Positions 56,633 through 64,000 of a stretch of DNA of 64,000 nt are shown piece after piece; the stretch's first letter is position 1; each line of letters opens with the position of its first letter. Position numbers and translations under genes: made by a program. The stretch spans positions 9,552 through 73,551 of the forward strand of contig CACYTP010000012.1 of NCBI GenBank assembly GCA_902777385.1. Reading direction: 5' to 3'. The notes under the pieces are model-generated. The model saw nothing but the letters and a program-made list of their open reading frames with translations, was not told the origin of the DNA and did no database searches. Source of the stretch: an uncultured bacterium. Its GTDB lineage: Bacteria > Cyanobacteriota > Vampirovibrionia > Gastranaerophilales > Gastranaerophilaceae.

Positions 56633-57880
56633 TTATTTATGGCTAATCATTTTTGAAAGGATATTTTTGGCTGTCTGAAGCTGTACATCTTCCTTATTTC
56701 TGATATTTTTTTCAGTAAATTGAACTTCCACATCAGGTTTAATACCCTTCTTATTAATGTCAATTCCGTTAGGAGTAAGATATTTGGCAACAGTCAAATT
56801 CAATCCTGTTTCGTTTTCAAGCGGATAAATTTTTTGCACCATACCCTTACCAAAAGTTCTGGTACCTACAAGAGTAGCTTTTTTATAATCTTTCATTGCA
56901 CCTGAGAAAATTTCACTTGCACTTGCACTACCGCCATCAACAAGAATAACTGTAGGCTTCACTATAGAAAAATCTGTATTCTGAGCATTTATATCATATT
57001 TATATCCGTCCCTGCCCACTATACTAACGAGTTTACCTTCGGGAATAAACAGATTTGCAATAAAAATTGCATTCGGTAATAAACCTCCGGTATTACCTCT
57101 CAAATCAATAACTAAACCTTCAGCAAATTTAGTTTTTTCAGCAGCTTCCAAAAATTCGTTAGGAGTAGTTGAACCGATAAAACTGTTTATTTGAATATAT
57201 CCTATATTATTGTCAACAGAACTTTTTACGGTTTTAATTTTAATTTCTTTTCTTATAATTTTTTTAACAAATTTATCATTATTCCTCATAATAGTTAACT
57301 GAACAGATGTATTTTCAGGGCCTCTTACAAGACTTGCCACTTCTGCAACAGACAGACCGCTCGCTTCTTTGCCATCAATATCCAGAATTATATCACCTGA
57401 TTGAAGATTAGAAGCTTGAGCAGGAGTACCGTCTAAAACATTGACTATATGTATTTTTCCTGCAACAGAAGAAATATTAACTCCTATACCACAAATTTTT
57501 GAATTTATGGAAGTATTCTGGTCATTATACTCTTCTTTATTCATAAACCTTGAATACGGATCATTAAGACTTGCAAGCATAGTATCAATAGCAACTTTTG
57601 CATCATCATCATTCTTAATTTGACCGTCATAACGATGTTTCCATCTGTACCAATTCTGGTTATTCATGCCGGAATCATAATAATTTTTTCTTACCAATCC
57701 CCATACAATTTCATATAATTTTTGCGAAGACACGATTTCATGGTTAATTAATTCCTCACTGCCTGATGTTTCGGGATTATTAATAACCATTATGGTTTTG
57801 TTCAAAACGAACAAAATGCATGCCACAATTATTACGGAAATATATAGCTCTTTTCTTTTCATACCAGTATTAAACATCAA
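56633..57880 (-). CDS. ctpA: carboxyl-terminal processing (S41) peptidase with PDZ domain
   Basis: PDZ motif GDIILDIDG, DLRGNTGGLL, GGSASASEIFSGA catalytic Ser motif, TFGKG. Confidence 0.85.
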   Translation of the reverse strand: MMFNTGMKRKELYISVIIVACILFVLNKTIMVINNPETSGSEELINHEIVSSQKLYEIVWGLVRKNYYDSGMNNQNWYRWKHRYDGQIKNDDDAKVAIDTMLASLNDPYSRFMNKEEYNDQNTSINSKICGIGVNISSVAGKIHIVNVLDGTPAQASNLQSGDIILDIDGKEASGLSVAEVASLVRGPENTSVQLTIMRNNDKFVKKIIRKEIKIKTVKSSVDNNIGYIQINSFIGSTTPNEFLEAAEKTKFAEGLVIDLRGNTGGLLPNAIFIANLFIPEGKLVSIVGRDGYKYDINAQNTDFSIVKPTVILVDGGSASASEIFSGAMKDYKKATLVGTRTFGKGMVQKIYPLENETGLNLTVAKYLTPNGIDINKKGIKPDVEVQFTEKNIRNKEDVQLQTAKNILSKMISHK

Positions 57881-57945
57881 TAGAATTCTATAATCAATAT
57901 ACTTTTTCAGTAGATTACAAAGATATTAAAATATTATTTAAAATT

Positions 57946-58833
57946 TTAATTTTTATTCTGTGCAATACGGTCTTTAACCTTTACAGCCAAATTTGCACCA
58001 ACACCCATTGCAACAGCAGAAGCAAAGTATGTACCCCATGCCAGAGCATTAGTTTTTGCAAGTTTCTTTAACAAATCAGGTTTCAGAACACTTTTAGCAA
58101 GTTTATGTCCGTTTATACTTGCCAAACCTTCTTCTGCGAGCGTCGGTACCATTGCCATAAATACAACTTTTCCGCAATTATCTTTTGTGAAAGTTTCAAC
58201 CTTGTCCATAAAATTCTTTGGTTTTTCACCTTCAGGCTTTTTCTCTTTTAACAGACCAACTACAAGTGCAACAGGAGCCAAAAATGCAAAACCATGCCTG
58301 CCCCAGTGCAACGCATTAGTCCACGGATTCATATTTGCATTTATTGCATGACCGAGTTCATGAAATCCTGCAAAAGAAAATTCTTTTTTATTTATTAACA
58401 ATTGTTTGCTTATAGTGTGGTAAAAAGCGTTCTTGCCGGCGGCAACCCCATTTGCAAATTTCTTTAAATTTTTGTATACGTTAGTATCTTTACCAACTAT
58501 ATTTATCTTTTTGTTATCTTTAGGTTTTATATAAACCTTTATAAAATCAGTGAGAAGCTTATCAATTTTTTTTACGAATTTGTCAAATGCAACATCCTTA
58601 TTGGCCGGATTTATATCAACAATTTCAACACCTTTAGCCGCAAGTCCTGATTTATTATATGAGCGGGTTAAAGCACCCTCCAGTACGGATTTTTCTCCCG
58701 GAGTATAATCTGCCCATTTTGACATTATACCTTTTATAACAGGTTTTGCTCCATATTTTGATACGCATAAATAAGTTGCACCACCTGCACCTATTCCAAG
58801 AGCTGTATTGTAATTGTTATTATTTCCCGACAT
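57946..58833 (-). CDS. hypothetical membrane protein with HExxH (HELGH) motif
   Basis: AAGGA SD before the ATG at 58833. FHELGHAINAN followed by hydrophobic helices. Confidence 0.45.
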   Translation of the reverse strand: MSGNNNNYNTALGIGAGGATYLCVSKYGAKPVIKGIMSKWADYTPGEKSVLEGALTRSYNKSGLAAKGVEIVDINPANKDVAFDKFVKKIDKLLTDFIKVYIKPKDNKKINIVGKDTNVYKNLKKFANGVAAGKNAFYHTISKQLLINKKEFSFAGFHELGHAINANMNPWTNALHWGRHGFAFLAPVALVVGLLKEKKPEGEKPKNFMDKVETFTKDNCGKVVFMAMVPTLAEEGLASINGHKLAKSVLKPDLLKKLAKTNALAWGTYFASAVAMGVGANLAVKVKDRIAQNKN

Positions 58834-58987
58834 AAGATTTCCTTCACACAAATTTCTTCCATCATGCTTAATATATATGAAAACTAAAAATTGCATAAAT
58901 TATCTGATTTATAAAGTTATGTTAACCTGATTTTGGCAATTTTATATAAAAAAAAACGTTTATATAAATACGGGGATAATTATATTT

Positions 58988-59854
58988 ATGACGGAGAAAA
59001 TACGGGGAAACACACCATCTATATATTTCAGGTACTATAACGGCACATCGCAAGACTCAAGGAATGCCGTAAAAGATGCTGTAACAGATTTTTACAGAAA
59101 AGTTGGAGAAAATATATCTTTTCTTCTGGGGACAACTATTTTCGTTGCAGATGAATACGGTGACATAGAGGGAAAAGCTCCTCTCTCATCTTACATAAAA
59201 AAACATGGGGATACAGATAATCCATATACACACGGCTGCACAATATTCCCTGAATTAAATGCAGGCAAAAAAGAAATAATTATAAAAACAGAAGAATATC
59301 AATTCCCATATAACCTTTTCAGAAAGAGTTTGAAACCGGAAACTATAAAACAGGGAGTACTTCACGAAATAGGGCATCAATTTGACAACTACTTTGGCAC
59401 AAAAAATAAAAGAATGCTCAACCGAATAAAAAACATCCAAATATCGGATAATTTGACTAAAATGGAAAAAGCTCATGTAGAAGAATACAGCAGACATAAA
59501 GATTTAAGCGATTCTAAAGAATTCAAGGAGGCTTGGAAAAAGGATGTTGAAGCTTTAGGAAAAGATAAAAAGAAATACGAAAAATTTAAAAGCGGTTGGA
59601 CTACATCATACTATTCAGCACAAGAAATCGATATTACTGACGGAGTTAGCAATGAGGAAATAGAGCAGGCTGATAAAGCAAGGTCAGAAATATTTGCACA
59701 ATTGTTTGGTTACGCTTTTGGAAGGGATGACGGTTACAGAAAAGAAATTATACAAACATATCCCAATACATATAAAATGGTATTAACATACATTAACAAA
59801 TATTTAGGTGTAGATTGTAACATTGGGCATGCACAATTATCATTTTTATATTAG
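58988..59854 (+). CDS. hypothetical protein with HExxH (HEIGH) motif
   Basis: GVLHEIGHQFDNYFG, with a downstream EIFAQLFGYAF possibly supplying a third ligand. No signal peptide. Confidence 0.45.
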   Translation: MTEKIRGNTPSIYFRYYNGTSQDSRNAVKDAVTDFYRKVGENISFLLGTTIFVADEYGDIEGKAPLSSYIKKHGDTDNPYTHGCTIFPELNAGKKEIIIKTEEYQFPYNLFRKSLKPETIKQGVLHEIGHQFDNYFGTKNKRMLNRIKNIQISDNLTKMEKAHVEEYSRHKDLSDSKEFKEAWKKDVEALGKDKKKYEKFKSGWTTSYYSAQEIDITDGVSNEEIEQADKARSEIFAQLFGYAFGRDDGYRKEIIQTYPNTYKMVLTYINKYLGVDCNIGHAQLSFLY

Positions 59855-59914
59855 AATTAACTTAATGGTAGGTCAGGTTCTGCCTGACATCGTTAAGTAA
59901 GGAGAAATATAAAA

Positions 59915-61213
59915 ATGTTAACAAAAAGTTCAGCAGTTAAAACAAGTTTTTCAGGAGTAGATTTTTCAAAATACTCTTCAAAAGTTTCTGAATTTGTAAA
60001 AGAATTTTCTTCCCGTGCAAATAAAACAGGACATTTTCTTAATTGGGTAAATTTACCTTCAGAACAACTAAAAAGAGTTGATGAATTATATTCTATGGTT
60101 TCAACTTTCAAATCTCAAACAGGTGCAAAGAAATTAAGCGTTATGGGTATTGGCGGTTCTAAACACACAGTAGAACACATGTTATCTATTAACGGACTTA
60201 ACGTAAAACATGATTCGGTAGAATTTTATTCGGATGTTGATTCCGTAAGCTTGAACAGATACTTATACAGACTTGGAGATATCACATCCTCTAACTTTAT
60301 GATTGCATCTAAGTCCGGTTCCACTTTTGAAACAAAAGACGGATTTTTAAGAGTTCAGAAAATATTGACTGACGCATATATTGCACAAGGTCAATCCGAA
60401 GCAGATGCAAAAAAATCAGCTGCAAAACACTTTATAGCAGTTACTGACGGTAATAGTGAAAAAAGTGAATTACGCCGTACTTCAATTGCAGACGGTTGGT
60501 TAGGTGATTTGTTCATTCACGATGATGTAGGCGGCAGATTTTCTGCATTTGACGATCATGCATTATTCACACTTATTTGGGCAGGCATGAAAAAAGAAGA
60601 TATGATTACAATGTTAAATGCAGCTCAGGATATGTCAACACAATCACTATCGGATGATTTGGAAATAAATGATGCCTTGAAAGAAGGTATCTTCTGGGCA
60701 GATGCAAAATTGAACGGAATTGAAGCTTCTGTACATCAATACATGGGGTCATTATTTGAAAACACTGTATACTGGCATGCACAAATGCAAAATGAATCAG
60801 TAAAAGATACATTAAAACAGGTTGCAAAAGTTCCTGATGCTATGCACCATTCAGCAGAAGCACACTTTAACCCTGCAAACAAATTAGTATTTGCATTGAC
60901 TGTTCCGTCTGACAATGGTGTTTGCAGAGAAAATGCACAAAGTTACATTGATGCGTTAACAAAATCATACACAATAACAGGTGCATTCTTTAAGGAAGAA
61001 GTTGCAACTTCCGAATTGGGATTAACTCCTGAAGCGGCAGGAGCTATGACAATGTTAAGAGCTTATGCTACAGTTTATCAAGAAATTGTTACAGCCGTTA
61101 TGAACGGTAAAGCTTTACCTGAAGTATTGGACAGCGTACTTCAACCGCACGTTGAATTCTATAAAAAGAATTTAAAAGGCGGAGTTGTAGTTCCGGGTAG
61201 AATTTCAAAATAA
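59915..61213 (+). CDS. pgi: glucose-6-phosphate isomerase (short type)
   Basis: GIGGS, ASKSGSTFET and GGRFSAF motifs. AAGGAG SD. Confidence 0.8.
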   Translation: MLTKSSAVKTSFSGVDFSKYSSKVSEFVKEFSSRANKTGHFLNWVNLPSEQLKRVDELYSMVSTFKSQTGAKKLSVMGIGGSKHTVEHMLSINGLNVKHDSVEFYSDVDSVSLNRYLYRLGDITSSNFMIASKSGSTFETKDGFLRVQKILTDAYIAQGQSEADAKKSAAKHFIAVTDGNSEKSELRRTSIADGWLGDLFIHDDVGGRFSAFDDHALFTLIWAGMKKEDMITMLNAAQDMSTQSLSDDLEINDALKEGIFWADAKLNGIEASVHQYMGSLFENTVYWHAQMQNESVKDTLKQVAKVPDAMHHSAEAHFNPANKLVFALTVPSDNGVCRENAQSYIDALTKSYTITGAFFKEEVATSELGLTPEAAGAMTMLRAYATVYQEIVTAVMNGKALPEVLDSVLQPHVEFYKKNLKGGVVVPGRISK

Positions 61214-61236
61214 TTATAATATAAGATAATTTTATA

Positions 61237-61264
61237 AAAGGTCAGATTTTAAAATCTGACCTTT
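61237..61264. terminator. bidirectional intrinsic terminator
   Basis: AAAGGTCAGATTTT/AAAATCTGACCTTT perfect palindrome between convergent pgi and ugd. Confidence 0.8.
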
Positions 61265-61281
61265 TATGTTTTGTATAAAAA

Positions 61282-62580
61282 TTATCTGCCTATACTAATA
61301 TATTCAAACCCCATTTTCTTCAATCTGGATACATCATATTGATTTCTGCCGTCAAATATCAACGGGGTTTTCAATAGTCGTTTCATTTTATCAAAATCAG
61401 GACGCTTAAATTCATTCCACTCTGTCAAAAGCAACAATGCATCGGAATTCTCCAGAGCCTCGTATGAACTTTGCATATATGAAATTTTGTTCCCAAAATG
61501 AATTTTTGCATTATCGTATGCTTTTGGATCATAAGCCTTTATTTTTGCACCCTTTTCAAGCAGTTTATTTATTATGGTAATAGAAGGTGCCTCTCTCATA
61601 TCATTTGTATTTGGCTTAAAGGATAATCCCCATACTGCAAGAGTTAAACCGCTTAAATCTTCTCCAAGCTTACTTGTAATTTTATCTACAAACAGAAGTT
61701 TTTGTTTTTGGTTAACTACATCCGCAGCCTTTAAAATTTCATACTCGCAGTTATTGTCTTTAGCGATTTTTGACAGGGCTTTTATGTCTTTTGGGAAACA
61801 GCTTCCTCCAAATCCTAAACCCGGAAATAGAAATTGAGAACCGATGCGTTTATCGGAACACATACCCAGTCTTACCATTTCTACATCCGCACCAACTTTT
61901 TCGCATATATTTGCAATCTCATTTGCATAAGATACTTTAACAGCAAGAAAAGAATTCGAAGCATACTTAGTCATTTCGGCAGACTTTACATCCATAACTA
62001 TTATAGGATTTCCTGTTCTCATATAAGGGGAATACAGTTCTTTCATAATTGATGTTGCCCGCTCTGAATTTGAACCTATAATAATTCTGTCAGGTTTTAA
62101 GAAATCATCAACAGCAGCCCCCTGTTTTAAGAATTCAGGGTTTGATATTACATCAAAATCTGATGATGTTTTTGATTTTATTATGGAAGTAATCTTGTCC
62201 GCAGTTCCGACAGGAACCGTTGATTTATCAACAATAACTTTGTATTCGGTAATATACTCCCCAATTTGTTCAGCGACTTCATACACATATTTAAGTTCAG
62301 CACTACCGTCATCTCCCTGAGGAGTTCCAACCGCAATATAACAAACTAAAGAATTTTCCACGGCATATTTTAAATCATCGGTAAATATTAACCTATCCTC
62401 TTCTACATTAACCTTGATAAGTTCTTCCAAACCCGGTTCATATATGGGAATAATTCCCTGTTTTAATAATGAAAGTTTGTTCTCGTCATTATCAACACAA
62501 ATAACATTATTACCCATTGATGCAAGACATGTACCTGCAACAAGACCTACATAACCTGTACCAATTACACATATCTTCAT
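61282..62580 (-). CDS. ugd: UDP-glucose 6-dehydrogenase
   Basis: [14 protein letters not shown] Rossmann start, [10 protein letters not shown] catalytic Cys motif. Confidence 0.9.
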   Translation of the reverse strand: MKICVIGTGYVGLVAGTCLASMGNNVICVDNDENKLSLLKQGIIPIYEPGLEELIKVNVEEDRLIFTDDLKYAVENSLVCYIAVGTPQGDDGSAELKYVYEVAEQIGEYITEYKVIVDKSTVPVGTADKITSIIKSKTSSDFDVISNPEFLKQGAAVDDFLKPDRIIIGSNSERATSIMKELYSPYMRTGNPIIVMDVKSAEMTKYASNSFLAVKVSYANEIANICEKVGADVEMVRLGMCSDKRIGSQFLFPGLGFGGSCFPKDIKALSKIAKDNNCEYEILKAADVVNQKQKLLFVDKITSKLGEDLSGLTLAVWGLSFKPNTNDMREAPSITIINKLLEKGAKIKAYDPKAYDNAKIHFGNKISYMQSSYEALENSDALLLLTEWNEFKRPDFDKMKRLLKTPLIFDGRNQYDVSRLKKMGFEYISIGR

Positions 62581-63530
62581 TGCTGTACCTTCTCTCTTAT
62601 TAATCTTTCGAAATATTCAATAGTTTTAGCTAAACCATCTTTAATATCAACTCTCGGAGCCCAATCTAATTTTTCTTTTGCAAGGGTTATATCCGGCTTG
62701 CGACGAGTTGGATCATCACTCGGTAAAGGTTTATTTATTATCTTTGATTTTGAATTAGTCATTTCAATAACAAGTTTTGCAAAATCCATAATCGTAGTTT
62801 CTGTCGGGTTTCCAAGGTTAACAGGCCCGTTAAATCCATCCTTATTATTCATCATTCTGATTAGTCCTTCAACAAGATCGGAAACATAACAGAAAGAACG
62901 TGTCTGACTGCCATCACCATATATAGTAATATCTTCATTTTTCAATGCCTGTACAATGAAGTTAGAAACTACTCTGCCATCATCCATACACATATTAGGT
63001 CCATAAGTATTAAATATACGAACAATCCTTGTATCTACATTATGCTGTCTGTGATAATCCGTCATTAAGGTTTCTGCACAGCGTTTACCCTCGTCATAAC
63101 AGCTCCTTATACCTATAGGATTAACATTTCCCCAATAATTCTCAGTCTGCGGATGGACTTTTGGGTCACCATACACTTCTGAAGTAGATGCCTGAAGGAT
63201 TTTTGCGTTACAACGTTTCGCAATCCCAAGCATATTAATTACACCTATCACGGAAGTCTTTATTGTTTTAATTGCATTATACTGATAATGCGGAGGGCTT
63301 GCAGGACACGCCAAATTGTATATTTCGTCTACCTCAGTAAAGAATTCTTTTGTAATATCGTGACGCACAAGTTCAAAATGGTCATCATTCAGCAAATGGC
63401 GAATATTATCTTTTGAACCGGTAAAAAAATTATCTAAGCACACAACATCATTGCCATCTTTGATTAACCTGTCACAAAGATGACTGCCTATAAATCCGGC
63501 ACCACCTGTTATTAATATACGCTTAGACAT
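62577..63530 (-). CDS. uxs: UDP-glucuronate decarboxylase (UDP-xylose synthase)
   Basis: [28 protein letters not shown] and YDEGKR (YxxxK) motifs. 4-nt overlap with ugd. Confidence 0.9.
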   Translation of the reverse strand: MSKRILITGGAGFIGSHLCDRLIKDGNDVVCLDNFFTGSKDNIRHLLNDDHFELVRHDITKEFFTEVDEIYNLACPASPPHYQYNAIKTIKTSVIGVINMLGIAKRCNAKILQASTSEVYGDPKVHPQTENYWGNVNPIGIRSCYDEGKRCAETLMTDYHRQHNVDTRIVRIFNTYGPNMCMDDGRVVSNFIVQALKNEDITIYGDGSQTRSFCYVSDLVEGLIRMMNNKDGFNGPVNLGNPTETTIMDFAKLVIEMTNSKSKIINKPLPSDDPTRRKPDITLAKEKLDWAPRVDIKDGLAKTIEYFERLIREKVQQ

Positions 63531-63555
63531 ACTTTTATTTATTCCTTTTCACTAC

Positions 63556-64000
63556 TCAAACTCTACCGTAACAATCTTCATAACGAATTATGTCATCCTC
63601 TGAGATATAATCCCCTTTTTGCACTTCGATAATCTTTAATTCTTCGTCATAAGGATTTTGCAGGGAATGTTTTGACTTTAACGGGATATCAATACTATCA
63701 CCAGCTTTGACAGTATATTTTTCTCCATCTTTAAGTACCAAAGCAGTTCCCTCTAAAACAACCCAGTGTTCTGAACGATGATTATGTGATTGCACAGATA
63801 ATTTTTGATGCGGCATCACGCAAATAGTTTTTGTCAAATATCCTTCTCCGCTATTCAAACAAGTATAATATCCCCAAGGTCTAAACACTGTTTTATGCAA
63901 TTTTGTCGTATCACTGGCTTCATTTTTTAGTTTGTCATATAAAACTTTAACACTCTGTGCCTCATCCATTTTGCAAGCCATAATTGCATCCTCAGTTTCA
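63556..64000 (-). CDS. manC: mannose-1-phosphate guanylyltransferase/mannose-6-phosphate isomerase, C-terminal cupin part (5' end outside window)
   Basis: RPWGYY...KTICVMPHQKLSVQSHNHRSEHWVVLEGTA cupin motif. The reading frame stays open upstream of the ATG at 63981 to the window edge. Confidence 0.75.
   Translation of the reverse strand, partial: ETEDAIMACKMDEAQSVKVLYDKLKNEASDTTKLHKTVFRPWGYYTCLNSGEGYLTKTICVMPHQKLSVQSHNHRSEHWVVLEGTALVLKDGEKYTVKAGDSIDIPLKSKHSLQNPYDEELKIIEVQKGDYISEDDIIRYEDCYGRV

Noticed and set aside
1-64000. CRISPR arrays, integrases, transposases, reverse transcriptases, toxin-antitoxin pairs and known defence-system genes
   Set aside because: No regularly spaced direct repeats were seen, and none of the ORF products shows the corresponding catalytic motifs. 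The only TA-like element is a lone HicB-like ORF (6004..6270) with no HicA partner.

Overview
AT-rich bacterial chromosomal window. It comes from a diderm organism, since BamA, Skp/OmpH, a TolC-like protein and a GT9 LPS heptosyltransferase are all present. About 60 credible CDS and two tRNAs (Val, Cys) are called. I saw no rRNA, CRISPR array, integrase, transposase or phage genes. The pilin-like N-termini (AAFTLAEVLITLGIIGVVAA) and the overall gene content remind me of gut Melainabacteria/Vampirovibrionia, but that is an unverified impression. Most of the window is housekeeping: rbfA-truB, polyprenyl synthase-lepB, leuS, rsmI, bamA-skp, pdp, malQ-like, udg, dxs-like, comM, ctpA, pgi and ugd-uxs-manC. 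Three things stand out. (1) On the minus strand at 16290..16490 there is a sigma70-type promoter followed by a leader that matches the conserved core of cobalamin riboswitches motif by motif. The leader ends in an SD-sequestering hairpin one nucleotide before the ATG of a three-gene operon (16288..13624) whose products I cannot assign to any family. Downstream, as separate transcription units, lie three further unassignable genes: a 92-aa protein, a Gly/Thr-repeat + EF-hand + HExxH protein, and a 490-aa protein with a flagellin-like layout. I regard 9.6-16.5 kb as the best candidate for an undescribed system. (2) There are three orphan prepilin-type genes. Two of them carry a tandem duplication of the class III signal motif (FTLAEGATHVAQ followed by AAFTLAEVLITLG...). 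Two of them sit behind a 103-bp near-identical leader module (promoter + strong SD + 14-codon uORF + hairpin), followed by mosaics of GC-rich palindromic repeat units that stay open in frame with the pilin gene. (3) Smaller oddities are listed under findings: a soluble DUF4177 + FlhA-C-like protein, a TspO lacking TM1 next to a structured GC-rich spacer with a duplicated tRNA-Val 3' end, a tRNA-Val with C at position 33, an ORF sandwiched between two tRNAs, and several unclassified HExxH proteins. All family assignments rest on motif recognition by eye. No searches were run.
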